A stretch of DNA of 64,000 nt from the NCBI GenBank assembly GCA_021780535.1, contig JAJXYN010000009.1, positions 224,360 through 288,359 on the forward strand, in the 5' to 3' direction. Every line of letters starts with the position of its first letter. Within the stretch, counting starts at the first letter, position 1. Positions 10,067 to 20,774 of this stretch are shown here, in pieces. The notes under the pieces were generated by a model. It was not told the origin of the DNA, made no database searches, and worked only from the letters and a program-made list of their open reading frames with translations. The DNA comes from a bacterium. Lineage in GTDB: Bacteria > Patescibacteriota > Patescibacteriia > JAGPKW01. Position numbers and translations under genes: made by a program.

Positions 10067-11874
10067 TTAGTTAATCCTTTTCTAAATCTTGCTTCTTCAA
10101 CCTCACTTAGCCATACCTTTCTAATTCTGACTGATTTTGGAGTTATTTCTACTAATTCATCGTCATTTATATATTCAAGCGCAAGCTCTAATTCCATTGT
10201 TTTTGGAGTTTTAATACCTTCCATTCCACCGTCTCCTTTAGATCTCATATTTGATAATTGTTTAGTCTTACAAATATTTACCCTAATGTCACCTTCTCTA
10301 GTGTTTTGTCCAACAACTTGTCCTTCATATATTTCTACTCCTGGACCAAAAAATAATTGACCTCTATCTTGTATATTTGTAATACCATAATTACTTGTTG
10401 TACCAGATTCGTTTGCTACAAGAGATCCATTTGTTCTATCTTTCCAAGTAAATGTATCTTCTTCATATTCATAGAAAACTGAATTTAATATACCCGTACC
10501 TTTTGTATCTGTCATAAATTCGTTTTTATAACCAAACAAACCTTTTGTAGGAATTATAAATTCTAAATGAGCTATTCCTTTATCTATTGATAAATTTTGC
10601 AATAATCCATTTCTATTTCCTAGTTTTTCCATGACAGCTCCCTGGTAGGCTTCTGGGACTTCAACAAATACTTGATCAAATGGAACCATTTTTTTCCCAT
10701 CTATTTCTTTAACAATTACTTGTGGTCTAGAAACCTGCAATTCATATCCTTCTCTTCTTAATCTTTCCATAAATATAGCAAGATGTAATTCTCCTCTTCC
10801 AGAAACAATCCATTTACCATCTTCTGTATCTTCTATTTTTAAAGCCATATCTGTTTCAAGTTCTTTATATAATCTTTCTTTTAATTGCCTACTTGTAACA
10901 TATTTGCCTTCTTTACCCATAAATGGGGAATCATTAATTAAAAATGTAGTTTTAACTGATGGTTCATCTATATGTAATAATGGTAATGCTATTGGATTTG
11001 CTGGATCAGCTATTGTTTCTCCAATTGTAATTTCTGGGATACCTGATACTGCAACTATTTCTCCGGCTACAGCTTTTTCTACCTCTATTCTTTGTAGTCC
11101 ATCAAAAGACATGAGAGAAGTAATTCTAAATTTCTTCATCTTACCTTCTCTATTAATATGGGCAACTTCTTGTCCTTTTTTTATCTGACCATTATATATT
11201 CTACCTGTGGCTGTTCTTCCTAAGAAATTATCAGATGATATAAATGTTGATAATATTTGAAGTGGGGCATCAATATTTCCATCCGCCTCTGGTATTTCTT
11301 TTATTACCATATCAAACAATGGGGATACGTCTGTCATTTTTGACATATCTGGTTCTAAACCTGCTAATCCATTTCTTGCGGAAGCATAAATTATTGGAAA
11401 TTCTAAAGCGTCATCATCTGCACCTAGCTCCATAAATAATTCATAAACCTTATCTATAACGTAATTTATCCTTGCACCATCTTTATCTATTTTATTTATA
11501 ACAACAATAATTTTATGATGTAATTCTAATGCTTTTTTAAGAACAAATCTTGTTTGAGGCATTGGACCTTCTTTTGCATCAACTAATAATAAACATCCAT
11601 CTGCCATTTTTAAAACTCTCTCCACTTCTCCACCAAAATCAGCATGACCTGGTGTGTCTATAATATTAAATTTAACATCCTTCCACATTACTGAAGCATT
11701 TTTTGAGAAAATAGTAATACCTCTTTCTTTCTCTATATCGTTATTATCCATAATACAGATGGTATTTTCTTGATCTTTTGTAAACTTTGTTTTTGCTTGT
11801 CTTAAAAGAGCATCTACCAATGTTGTTTTACCATGATCAACGTGGGCTATGATAGCTATATTTCTTACTTTCAT
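10063..11874 (-). CDS. typA: Translational GTPase TypA/BipA
   Basis: 603 aa. NIAIIAHVDHGKTTLVDALL G1 motif, DTPGHADF, NKIDK, and the EF-G-like domain order. Confidence 0.9.
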   Translation of the reverse strand: MKVRNIAIIAHVDHGKTTLVDALLRQAKTKFTKDQENTICIMDNNDIEKERGITIFSKNASVMWKDVKFNIIDTPGHADFGGEVERVLKMADGCLLLVDAKEGPMPQTRFVLKKALELHHKIIVVINKIDKDGARINYVIDKVYELFMELGADDDALEFPIIYASARNGLAGLEPDMSKMTDVSPLFDMVIKEIPEADGNIDAPLQILSTFISSDNFLGRTATGRIYNGQIKKGQEVAHINREGKMKKFRITSLMSFDGLQRIEVEKAVAGEIVAVSGIPEITIGETIADPANPIALPLLHIDEPSVKTTFLINDSPFMGKEGKYVTSRQLKERLYKELETDMALKIEDTEDGKWIVSGRGELHLAIFMERLRREGYELQVSRPQVIVKEIDGKKMVPFDQVFVEVPEAYQGAVMEKLGNRNGLLQNLSIDKGIAHLEFIIPTKGLFGYKNEFMTDTKGTGILNSVFYEYEEDTFTWKDRTNGSLVANESGTTSNYGITNIQDRGQLFFGPGVEIYEGQVVGQNTREGDIRVNICKTKQLSNMRSKGDGGMEGIKTPKTMELELALEYINDDELVEITPKSVRIRKVWLSEVEEARFRKGLTK

Positions 11875-12130
11875 TATAGTTTTATTTAATTACATATTAA
11901 ATTAAATAATTGATAAATTCCCAGATGTTAAATTTTATAATTTTCTATCATCAAAATCCTAAATTTAAAAACTCGCTTCGATCAGACAGGTTTAAATTTT
12001 TAACGGATTTTAATTTCTGAAAATTTAATAAAATATTAACAATGTGAATTTATTAATTATTTAACCCTAATTTACTTACATAAAAAGTTCTATGATTCTA
12101 CTATTTTTTGCAAAAAATGTCAAATATTTG

Positions 12131-12164
12131 CTTAAAAATAAAATGGTGAGCTGATAGCTCACCG
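12131..12164 (-). terminator. Rho-independent terminator of the sigma factor gene
   Basis: Perfect 8-bp hairpin ggtgagct-gata-agctcacc, followed on the minus strand by a U-run. Confidence 0.55.
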
Positions 12165-12174
12165 CTTAAAAATG

Positions 12175-13074
12175 TTAATACATTAAATTCTGCAACACTT
12201 TATATGATCTTAATTTTCTTAATGTGCTTGTTTCTATTTGACGTATTCTTTCTCTTGTTACTCCAAATTTATCACCAACTTCTTCTAGTGTATGTTGTTT
12301 AAGACCATAAAGACCGAACCTCATGCCAATAATCAATCTTTCTCTATCTTCAAGCTCACACATCACATCCTTGATATGTTCTGAAATTAAATCATTTAAA
12401 TAAATATCTTCAATTTTCATAGATTTTTTGTCTTCTATAAATTCAATTAATGGCGTTTCATCTCCAGAACTTGCTCCAGCATCCAAAGATGACATTTCTT
12501 CTGCAGACCACAATAATAGATTTATTTTTTCACGAGACATTTTTGTAAATTGTAATATTTCTTGAATAGTTGGCTCTCTATTGAAACGTGTAGTTAATAT
12601 TCTTATATGACGCTTCAATTTAACAACTTCACCATATACATTTAGTGGCAATCTAGCAACCAATCCTCTTTCTGCTAAAGATTTCATTATTGACTGCTTT
12701 ATCCACCAAATGGCATACGTGGATAACCTGCAATCTTTTCCTAATTTAAATTTTTTTATAGCTTTTATAAGACCGATATTTCCTTCTTGAATTAAATCAG
12801 CAAAAGGCATTACTTTGCTTACATAATTTTTTGCCACAAAAACTACAAGCCGAGCACAAGATTCAAACAAGATTCTTTCTATGTTACTTATTTTTTCATT
12901 TAACACTTGTTTTTCCGACTCTTCTTTATAATTTTCTAATTTTTCTAATTCTAAAGATCTTAATTCTTTAAACAGAGTAATTTCTTCCTCTGCTGTTATG
13001 GTTTTAAACCTTCTAATACTTTTTAAATAAATATCTGCTTCCGATTCTGAGAAAATTTGGTCACGTCCAAGCAT
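12175..13074 (-). CDS. Sigma-70 family RNA polymerase sigma factor (RpoD-like paralog, group 2/3)
   Basis: 299 aa. Region 2 ([37 protein letters not shown]), region 3, and region 4 ([27 protein letters not shown]). Lacks the long region 1.1 of the second sigma at 19375. Confidence 0.8.
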   Translation of the reverse strand: MLGRDQIFSESEADIYLKSIRRFKTITAEEEITLFKELRSLELEKLENYKEESEKQVLNEKISNIERILFESCARLVVFVAKNYVSKVMPFADLIQEGNIGLIKAIKKFKLGKDCRLSTYAIWWIKQSIMKSLAERGLVARLPLNVYGEVVKLKRHIRILTTRFNREPTIQEILQFTKMSREKINLLLWSAEEMSSLDAGASSGDETPLIEFIEDKKSMKIEDIYLNDLISEHIKDVMCELEDRERLIIGMRFGLYGLKQHTLEEVGDKFGVTRERIRQIETSTLRKLRSYKVLQNLMY

Positions 13075-13164
13075 ATATATTATCCTCCTATATAAAATTT
13101 GAATGTTATAAAAAAGATATCAAGTTTATTTGATATTGGCAAATTCTTATGATAAAGTTTAGAT

Positions 13165-13812
13165 ATGTCTAAAAAAATTGTTATAAATAAAATTAAAGAA
13201 TTAAAAAAAGAAATATCTTCTTTAGTTGATATTAGGCTGTCTGATTTTAAAAAAAATATTACAAAAAATGATAATGAACTTTTTGTTGAATTGTGCTTTT
13301 GTATTATTGTCGCAAACAATTCTATAGAAAATGGTCTTAGAGCTTATAATTCTATTGGCTTAGATTTTTTAAAATTTGAAGAAAAGGAATTAAAAGAAAA
13401 ACTTAGAATAACCGCGAGAAGATTTTATAATAAGAGAGCTGAGTATATTATAGACGCTAGAAAAATTAAAAATGATTTATATAAAAAAATTAAAGAATTA
13501 AAGAATTTAGAAATTAAAGAATTAGATTTTAGAAATTGGTTAGCAGAAAACATAAAAGGATTCGGATTAAAAGAAGCTTCTCATTATATGAGAAATTTGG
13601 GATTTTTTAATTTTGCTATTCTTGATAGACATATTTTAAAATTTCTATACAAAAATGAAATTATAACAGAAATCCCAAAAACTATTACTAAAAAAAATTA
13701 TTTTGAAATTGAAAAAATTATTTTAGATCTGGCAGAAGATTTACATATGAGCATGGCTGAATTAGATGTTTATCTTTTTTATATAGATTCTGGAAGAATA
13801 TGCGAAAAATAA
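13165..13812 (+). CDS. HhH-GPD superfamily DNA glycosylase / AP lyase (Ogg2-type 8-oxoguanine glycosylase candidate)
   Basis: 215 aa. Helix-hairpin-helix GFGLKEASHYMRNLG followed by a catalytic Asp in DRHI. The size and motif spacing fit archaeal/thermophile-type Ogg. Confidence 0.55.
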   Translation: MSKKIVINKIKELKKEISSLVDIRLSDFKKNITKNDNELFVELCFCIIVANNSIENGLRAYNSIGLDFLKFEEKELKEKLRITARRFYNKRAEYIIDARKIKNDLYKKIKELKNLEIKELDFRNWLAENIKGFGLKEASHYMRNLGFFNFAILDRHILKFLYKNEIITEIPKTITKKNYFEIEKIILDLAEDLHMSMAELDVYLFYIDSGRICEK

Positions 13813-13847
13813 AAAACACAAATTATTTTTAATCTGTGTTTTTTATT
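13811..13847. terminator. Bidirectional terminator between the glycosylase and pyruvate kinase
   Basis: aacacaaatta-tttt-taatctgtgtt hairpin, flanked by an A-run and a T-run. Confidence 0.5.
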
Positions 13848-13851
13848 TATA

Positions 13852-15282
13852 TTAGATAGTAAACAATCTTATTGAATTATTAATATCTTTTATATTAAAA
13901 TGCATTCCTGAAATTATTAAAACATTTTCACCTTGTTTAATCATTTCTTTTTCTTTTAACTCTTCAATAATGCAATCCATTTTATCTCCTTTGTACTTAT
14001 TAAAATCAATAAATATTGGTTTTATTCCGTATGACATTGTTAATCTTTTTGAAATATTTATATTTTCTGTTACTGCTATTGTTGGGATTTTCAATCTATA
14101 CGATGATATAACTTTTGATGTAAATCCAGATTCTGTGAATACAATAATTTTATCTATGTTTATATTACTTTTGTCTTCAATCATAGCAACAGCTGTTCTA
14201 GCTAATAAATGAGACACTCCTATTGCCTCTGTTTCAGTGTCTGTTGGCTTAAGAGTTGGGGCAAATTCTTCATTATAATCAGCTATTTTAGCCATTGTTT
14301 CAACTGCTTTTACTGGATATTTTCCAGCAGCTGTTTCTCCTGATAACATAACTGCATCTGTTCCGTAAAGCACAGCATTTGAAACGTCTGTCGCCTCTGC
14401 TCTTGTTGGTCTTGAATTTTGACACATTGATTCTAACATTTGTGTAGCTGTAATAACAGTTTTGTTTGCTGCTCTACATTTTTCTACCATCTTTTTTTGT
14501 TCATTAGCTATTCTTTCTATTGGAATTTCTATACCTAAATCCCCTCTAGCTATCATAATAGCATCAGAAGCTTCTATAATTTCATCTATATTATTTAAAC
14601 CTTCCTGATTTTCTATTTTTGAAACTATCCAAGAATCAAGATTTCTTTTTGCCATTTCTTCTCTGGCTTTTATAACATCTTCTTTTGATCTACAAAAACT
14701 TATAGCTATAAAATCTGCTTTCATTTCTGCTGCTAAGTCTAGCTTATCAAAATCATCTTGAGTTAATGCTGGAATTTTTGATAATTTTTTATCTGGCAAA
14801 TTTAATCCTTTTCTATTTTTAACTAAACAATCTCCTTGAGCTTCTGCATAAACTCCATTTGAAGTTTTTTCTATTACTTTGAATTCATAAAAACCGTCAT
14901 CTATTAAAATAGAATCACCAACATTTAATTCTTCAAAAATTACACTGTGAGAAATTTTAACTGATTGGGCATCTGTTGTGCTAAAATCTGATCCAAAATG
15001 TAATTTATTGCCATTTTTAACTTCTATTGGAGCTTTATCTGTTGTATCAACTCTTATATCTGGCCCTTGAAGATCAAATAATATTCCAACATTTGCTCCT
15101 AATTTTTTTATAACTTCTTGAGCTCTTTCTACTTTTGGTCTATACATTTCAGCTGGCTCATGCTTCATATTAAATCTAAAAACATTAACACCTGCTTTTA
15201 CTAATGATTCTAATGTTTCAGAAGAATCTGAGGCTGGCCCTATTGTTGCAACTATTTTCGTTTTTCTATTTCCTAAGAACAT
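13852..15282 (-). CDS. pyk: Pyruvate kinase
   Basis: 476 aa. KTKIVATIGPAS N-terminus and the NMKHEP/barrel and C-terminal domain order of PK. Confidence 0.9.
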   Translation of the reverse strand: MFLGNRKTKIVATIGPASDSSETLESLVKAGVNVFRFNMKHEPAEMYRPKVERAQEVIKKLGANVGILFDLQGPDIRVDTTDKAPIEVKNGNKLHFGSDFSTTDAQSVKISHSVIFEELNVGDSILIDDGFYEFKVIEKTSNGVYAEAQGDCLVKNRKGLNLPDKKLSKIPALTQDDFDKLDLAAEMKADFIAISFCRSKEDVIKAREEMAKRNLDSWIVSKIENQEGLNNIDEIIEASDAIMIARGDLGIEIPIERIANEQKKMVEKCRAANKTVITATQMLESMCQNSRPTRAEATDVSNAVLYGTDAVMLSGETAAGKYPVKAVETMAKIADYNEEFAPTLKPTDTETEAIGVSHLLARTAVAMIEDKSNINIDKIIVFTESGFTSKVISSYRLKIPTIAVTENINISKRLTMSYGIKPIFIDFNKYKGDKMDCIIEELKEKEMIKQGENVLIISGMHFNIKDINNSIRLFTI

Positions 15283-15436
15283 ATATTTACTTTTTTATTA
15301 TTTTAACTTATTTATGTAGATATATTATGTTATATTATTTTTATAAAAAAATCAATTTGATATTTTATTATTGCTTATTTTCATGTTTTGTCTATAATAT
15401 TATTATATTATAATAATTATTAATTATACTCTTTAT

Positions 15437-16060
15437 ATGGATATGCAAAATAACAAATCAAAAACATTGATGATAATATTATCTATTTTTGGTGGAATAT
15501 TGCTTTTGGCTATAATATTTTTTGGATGGATATTTGGTGTAAAAAACAGCATTGTTACAAAAGAACAATCTGTTAATTCTTCTTGGGCTCAAGTTCAAAA
15601 TCAATATCAAAGAAGATATGATTTGATTCCAAACTTAGTAGAAACCGTTAAAGGATATGCTACTCAAGAAAAAGATACATTCACACAAGTTACCGAAGCT
15701 AGAAGTAAAGCTTCCTCATTCCAAATTACTCCAGAAGTATTAAATAACCCTGAATCTTTTCAAAAATTTCAGGCTATACAGGGTGAATTGAGCTCTGCTT
15801 TATCTAGACTTATGGCTGTATCAGAAAATTATCCTACACTTAAATCAAACGAGAATTTCTTGCAACTTCAATCTCAACTTGAAGGAACAGAAAACAGAAT
15901 CTCTGTTGAAAGAAATAGATATAATGAAACCATACAATCTTATAACACTTTTATTAAATTATTTCCTCAAAGTTTTGTAGCATCAATGTTTGGATTTGCT
16001 GAAAAACCTTATTTTGAAGCTGCTAGCAATGCTCAAAATGCTCCGAAGGTTCAATTCTAA
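15437..16060 (+). CDS. lemA: LemA family protein
   Basis: N-terminal transmembrane helix. WAQVQNQYQRRYDLIPNLVETVKGYA…FTQVTEAR LemA signature. Confidence 0.85.
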   Translation: MDMQNNKSKTLMIILSIFGGILLLAIIFFGWIFGVKNSIVTKEQSVNSSWAQVQNQYQRRYDLIPNLVETVKGYATQEKDTFTQVTEARSKASSFQITPEVLNNPESFQKFQAIQGELSSALSRLMAVSENYPTLKSNENFLQLQSQLEGTENRISVERNRYNETIQSYNTFIKLFPQSFVASMFGFAEKPYFEAASNAQNAPKVQF

Positions 16061-16070
16061 TAATAAAAAA

Positions 16071-16547
16071 ATGAAAAATAAAAAATCAATATTATTTATA
16101 TTAATGATTTTTGTAATGTTTTTTTTACAAGGATGCTCTTTTAATTTTAATAAAAAAACCAATACTAATAACAACAATAACCAAAACCAAACCATAAAAA
16201 CAACAAAAGAAATTGATTATGTAAAAGAAATTTCAAAAAATGAAAATACTAACAATGCGAGTGAATGTAATATTTATGTAGATAGAGTTAATACAGAAAT
16301 AGAACAATATAAAAAAAGAGTTAGTAAAACAACTACTGGAGCAAGCGAGGAGTTTAAACTTATAGGAATATTTAAATCTAAAACATTAAATAAATGTTTT
16401 TATGTTTTAGAAGATTCTTATACAAATAACAATAATAAGATGGTTGATTATATAATAAATAATGCTCAAGCTGAAGAAACTATAGATATATTTAATAATG
16501 TTGATTATAAATTTTTAAATGAAAGAATTGGTGAACTTCAAAAATAA
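16071..16547 (+). CDS. Lipoprotein (hypothetical)
   Basis: Start chosen at the ATG after the lemA stop, not the upstream overlapping Met of the ORF track. Lipobox FFLQGC after a hydrophobic segment. Asn-rich linker. Confidence 0.55.
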   Translation: MKNKKSILFILMIFVMFFLQGCSFNFNKKTNTNNNNNQNQTIKTTKEIDYVKEISKNENTNNASECNIYVDRVNTEIEQYKKRVSKTTTGASEEFKLIGIFKSKTLNKCFYVLEDSYTNNNNKMVDYIINNAQAEETIDIFNNVDYKFLNERIGELQK

Positions 16548-17268
16548 GAATAATAAAAAAAATAGAAAAATATTTTTGTTTTTCTCTTTTTTTATATTTT
16601 CTTTTTTTGTTTTTAAAAACTGTTTTGCTATAGAAATTCCAAAACTAAATAATTATGTAAACGATTTTACCAACACATTAAACCAGAGTCAGAAAAATGA
16701 ATTAGAACAACAACTTTCTGATTTTGATAAAAAAACAAGCAACCAAATAGTTTTTTTAATGATAAATTCTCTAAACAATGAAGATGTAATAGAAAATTAT
16801 TCATTAAAAGTTGCTGAATTAAATAAAATAGGTTCTAATGGGAAAGATAATGGCGTTTTATTTACGGTTATAAAAAATGATAAAAAATTAAGAATAGAAG
16901 TTGGTTATGGCCTTGAAGGATTTTTAACTGATGCTAAAAGTAGTTATATAATAAGAAATATTATTACCCCACAATTTAAAAATAATGATTATTATTCCGG
17001 AATTAAAAATGGCCTAAATGAAATAATAAAAGTTGCTTCTGATGCTAATTACTTAAACGACAAAATACAAAGCAATAACAATAATAATTCTACTAACCCT
17101 ATTTTTGGAATTTTAATAACTATATTTTTTGTTATATTGTTTATAAAATATCCTAATTTGTTTTTATTTTTATTATTTTCTGGTGGATTTAATGGCAGAA
17201 GTGGAAGAGGTGGATTTTCTGGTGGTGGAGGTGGATTTGGCGGAGGTGGATCTTCTGGTAGTTGGTAA
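16519..17268 (+). CDS. TPM-domain (TLP18.3/Psb32/MOLO-1, YgcG-like) membrane protein with a Gly-rich C-terminal tail
   Basis: DNGVLFTVIKNDKKLRIEVGYGLEGFLTD core TPM motif. Signal peptide and C-terminal transmembrane helix. Ends in GGFSGGGGGFGGGGSSGSW. Confidence 0.8.
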   Translation: MKELVNFKNKNNKKNRKIFLFFSFFIFSFFVFKNCFAIEIPKLNNYVNDFTNTLNQSQKNELEQQLSDFDKKTSNQIVFLMINSLNNEDVIENYSLKVAELNKIGSNGKDNGVLFTVIKNDKKLRIEVGYGLEGFLTDAKSSYIIRNIITPQFKNNDYYSGIKNGLNEIIKVASDANYLNDKIQSNNNNNSTNPIFGILITIFFVILFIKYPNLFLFLLFSGGFNGRSGRGGFSGGGGGFGGGGSSGSW

Positions 17269-17398
17269 ATTGTATAATATAAAACTAATAACAATATTTT
17301 ATTCTCTGTGTTCCGCTCAATTGGGATATTAATGGAGCTTCACAACGTTCAGAAAACATTGTTATTAGTTTTATAAATAATTATATATTTTAATAAAT

Positions 17399-17851
17399 AT
17401 GTTTCAAAAAAAAATTTATAAAATTTTATCCAAAGAAGATCTTAAAAAAATATCTTCCGAAATTAAAAAAGCTGAAGAAAATACATCTGCCGAGATTGTT
17501 GTTTCTATTAAAAACAAAGTTCCTTTTATTTTTAATAGAAATGTTTATAAATTTGCATTGTCTCTTTTTAAGTTTTATAAGGTTCACAAAACAAAAGATC
17601 GAACTGGAATATTAATTTTATTTGTACTTCAAAGTAAACAATTCCATATCATAGGAGATATTGGAATATATAAAAAAATTAATCAAAATGTTTGGGATAA
17701 TTTATCTTCATCAATATCAAATCATATTAAAGAAAAAAGTTTATTAGATGGAATATTGCTCTCTATAAAACTAGTCAGCAAACTTGTTGATTATGATATT
17801 CCAAAAAAAAATGATGACAAAAATGAAATATCTGATAATGTAAGATTTTAA
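17399..17851 (+). CDS. Second TPM-domain protein (short, likely cytoplasmic)
   Basis: SAEIVVSIKN…DRTGILILFVLQSKQFHIIGDIGI matches the TPM fold pattern. LemA followed by two TPM genes is a common arrangement. Confidence 0.6.
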   Translation: MFQKKIYKILSKEDLKKISSEIKKAEENTSAEIVVSIKNKVPFIFNRNVYKFALSLFKFYKVHKTKDRTGILILFVLQSKQFHIIGDIGIYKKINQNVWDNLSSSISNHIKEKSLLDGILLSIKLVSKLVDYDIPKKNDDKNEISDNVRF

Positions 17852-17907
17852 TAAAAATAAAAAAGTGGTCGCTTTATTTGGTGTCCACTTTTTATAATTA
17901 CTTTTTA

Positions 17908-19263
17908 TTAATTTATATTTAATTCATCTCCTATTTTTGGTTGAAATGTTTTAAACCCAAAATTATTTTTTATTGCTTTTGCTAAGGCATCTCCTTTTTC
18001 TTTTTCTCCATGAATAACAATTACTTCTTCTAGCATATTCTTATCAAAATTAGAAAGCCAAGAAATAGTTTGTGGTTCATCTGCATGTGCAGAATATCCA
18101 CCTATAGCATCAACTGTTAAATTAACATTAAATTCTCTATCTTCTATCTCAACAATTTTTTCTCCATCAAATATTTTTCTTCCAAGTGTGCCTATTGCCT
18201 GATAGCCAACAAATATTAAAAAGTTTTTTGGATCTTCTATGTATTGTTTTAAATGTTTTGTAATTCTACCGCCAGTACACATACCAGACCCTGCTATAAC
18301 TATTTTTGGGCCTTTGACAGAATTTATTCTCTTTGATTCATCCACAGTATTAGTCATTACCAACCCTTGAAAATCAAATATATCATCTCCTGATTTTATT
18401 ATAGACATAGTTTCTTTATCATACAAATATTCATAATTTTTAAATACTCCTGTAATTTTATTTGCGAGTGGACTATCTATAAAAACTGGCAATGGCACTA
18501 TCTCACCATGCTCTACCATATTATTTAATTCATACATTATTTCTTGTGTTCTTTCTAATGCAAACGATGGAATTAATAATGTACTTTCTTTATTGAAAAC
18601 ATTAAAAACCGCCTGTTTTAATTTTTTTAATCTTATTTCTTTACTCTCATGAGTGATGCCACCATAGGTTGATTCAATAAAAACATAATTTGCTTCTTTT
18701 ATAATATCTGGCATTTTTAATATTGGAGATGGATAATTCCCAAGATCTCCAGAGAAAACCATTTTTTTATTTTCTATAAAAATTTCTATTGCTGCTGATC
18801 CTAGAATATGGCCAGCATCGTTGAATCTAAATTTTACAGAATCAAATTCTTTCAATTCTCCATATTCAACCGTTTCAAATAAACTAACACAGTTCATCGC
18901 ATCTTCTAATTCATATATTGGCCTTTCTCCTGTTTTAAAATATTTGTCCAATATCAAGTTTGCTGCATCCTCAAATAGCAATTTACATATATCTCTTGTT
19001 GGTCTTGTAGAAAATATTTTACCTCTAAAACCTTGTCTATATAATTTTGGTAATAATCCGGAATGATCTAAATGAGAATGTGTTAAAAATAATGCCTGTA
19101 TATTTTTTGGATTAAAATCAAAATCTTTGTAATTAATTTTTTCTAAATTTGGATCTCCTTGAAACAAACCGCAATCAACTAAAAATTGACTACCAGAATT
19201 TGTAATTATTTGATAACAAGATCCTGTTACTTCCTGAGCCGCACCATGAAATATTATTTTCAT
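17908..19263 (-). CDS. MBL-fold beta-CASP family (RNA-metabolising) metallo-hydrolase
   Basis: 451 aa. HSHLDHSG (HxHxDH) motif, MBL N-terminal domain, and beta-CASP-like and C-terminal regions. Confidence 0.65.
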   Translation of the reverse strand: MKIIFHGAAQEVTGSCYQIITNSGSQFLVDCGLFQGDPNLEKINYKDFDFNPKNIQALFLTHSHLDHSGLLPKLYRQGFRGKIFSTRPTRDICKLLFEDAANLILDKYFKTGERPIYELEDAMNCVSLFETVEYGELKEFDSVKFRFNDAGHILGSAAIEIFIENKKMVFSGDLGNYPSPILKMPDIIKEANYVFIESTYGGITHESKEIRLKKLKQAVFNVFNKESTLLIPSFALERTQEIMYELNNMVEHGEIVPLPVFIDSPLANKITGVFKNYEYLYDKETMSIIKSGDDIFDFQGLVMTNTVDESKRINSVKGPKIVIAGSGMCTGGRITKHLKQYIEDPKNFLIFVGYQAIGTLGRKIFDGEKIVEIEDREFNVNLTVDAIGGYSAHADEPQTISWLSNFDKNMLEEVIVIHGEKEKGDALAKAIKNNFGFKTFQPKIGDELNIN

Positions 19264-19317
19264 AATTTCTGTTTAATTATTATCGTTTTAGTATTATAGC
19301 AAAATATAGAATAATAA

Positions 19318-19352
19318 TAAACGAAAAGAGATGCGATAAAACACATCTCTTT
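19318..19352 (-). terminator. Terminator downstream of rpoD
   Basis: aagagatg-cgataaaaca-catctctt hairpin. Confidence 0.45.
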
Positions 19353-19374
19353 ATTCACTAAGCTCGTTAATTCT

Positions 19375-20679
19375 CTAATAATCTTCTACTTTTGTGATTT
19401 TATGGCTCTTTCTTATTTTTTCTAATGCTTTTGCTTCAATTTGTCTTATACGCTCTCTTGTTACTCCAAACTCTTGGCCAACTTCTTCAAGCGTGTGAGT
19501 AACTCCATCTGTAAGACCAAATCTCATTTCTAATATCTTCTTTTCCCTTGGCTGTAATTCATCTATTATTTCTGCTATATAATTTTTCAAAAGCTCTAAT
19601 TGTACTATTCTAGAAGGAGATTTTGTTTGTTTATCTTCAATAAAATCAGCTAAAGTACTTTCTTTATCATCAGATTTATTACTTATAGATGTTTCTATTG
19701 AAACTGTATCTTGAGAAATATCTATAACGTGTCTAATTTTTTTAATATCTTCATTCATTTCTGCTGCCAATTCTTCTGGTAATGGCTCTCTCCCTAACTC
19801 TTGAAGTAATTTTCTTTGTACTTGTTGAAATTTATTAATTGTTTCAACCATGTGAACTGGAATCCTTATAGTTCTTGATTGATCTGCTAATGCTCTTGTA
19901 ATTGCCTGTCTAATCCACCATGTAGCATATGTAGAAAACTTATAACCTCTTTTATAATCAAATTTTTCTACAGCTCTAAAAAGACCAATGTTACCTTCTT
20001 GTATTAAATCAAGTAAAGATAATTTTCTACCAGTAAATTTTTTTGCGATAGAAACAACTAGTCTAAGATTTGCTTCTATAAGTTTTTGTTTTGCAAGCCT
20101 TTCTCCTTTATCTTTTCTTTTAGCTAAAGCCATTTCTTCTGAAAATGTTAAAAGAGCTACACTACCTATTTCTCTTAAATACATTTGTATAGAATCTGAA
20201 GAAACTAATTCTGCTTCTAATTTTTTTAGTAGTGGGATTTCAATATCTGACTCATTTTTTACCTTTTTTGTTTTCGTTTTTTTAGTATCTTTAACATTAC
20301 TCTTTGGTTCTTCTTTTTTAATCCTTGCTGTCCCAAATATTGCTTCTGTTGTTTCTATAAGTTCTACTCCTAAAATATCTAAAACATCTAAGAATCTTTC
20401 AAATTCTTTTATACAATTTTCTATGTTAGACATAGAATAAAGTATCTCATCTTCTGTTATAAAACCTCTTGTTTTACCTTTTTGAATAAGATTTTTTGCT
20501 TCTTGTTTTACCCAATACGTGTTTTCAGAATCTATATCTTCTATATTTATTTTGGCAAATTTCATGTCGCCAATTATATCATCAATAGCATCTTCTTGAG
20601 CATTTGTTTCTAACAAATCTTCTTCCTGCTCTAGATCAATAGAGTTTTTATAAGATAAATCTGTTACTATTTTCGGCAT
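19375..20679 (-). CDS. rpoD: Primary RNA polymerase sigma factor RpoD/SigA
   Basis: 434 aa with acidic region 1.1. Regions 2.1-2.4 ([40 protein letters not shown]), 3 and 4.2 ([23 protein letters not shown]). Lies downstream of dnaG. Confidence 0.9.
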   Translation of the reverse strand: MPKIVTDLSYKNSIDLEQEEDLLETNAQEDAIDDIIGDMKFAKINIEDIDSENTYWVKQEAKNLIQKGKTRGFITEDEILYSMSNIENCIKEFERFLDVLDILGVELIETTEAIFGTARIKKEEPKSNVKDTKKTKTKKVKNESDIEIPLLKKLEAELVSSDSIQMYLREIGSVALLTFSEEMALAKRKDKGERLAKQKLIEANLRLVVSIAKKFTGRKLSLLDLIQEGNIGLFRAVEKFDYKRGYKFSTYATWWIRQAITRALADQSRTIRIPVHMVETINKFQQVQRKLLQELGREPLPEELAAEMNEDIKKIRHVIDISQDTVSIETSISNKSDDKESTLADFIEDKQTKSPSRIVQLELLKNYIAEIIDELQPREKKILEMRFGLTDGVTHTLEEVGQEFGVTRERIRQIEAKALEKIRKSHKITKVEDY

Positions 20680-20774
20680 TTAATTATAGTTTAAATTTAT
20701 TAAATTTATTAAATTTTTAAACTCTAATATTTTTATCAATTAATTTATAGTATTAATTCACAAAAATATTTTAT

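Noticed and set aside
7505-11435. Antisense ORFs within the P-type ATPase and typA (7505..7729, 8078..8314, 10043..10360, 10904..11188, 11244..11435)
   Set aside because: They are fully embedded in confidently identified conserved genes on the opposite strand.
13080-13319. 79-aa minus-strand ORF overlapping the glycosylase start, and the 15204..15413 ORF in the pyk/lemA spacer
   Set aside because: Low-complexity, AT-rich promoter-region ORFs overlapping better-supported genes.
15990-16547. ORF-track start at 15990 for the lipoprotein gene
   Set aside because: The first 27 codons overlap the lemA 3' end in another frame. The lipoprotein signal peptide and lipobox begin at the ATG at 16071, right after the lemA stop.
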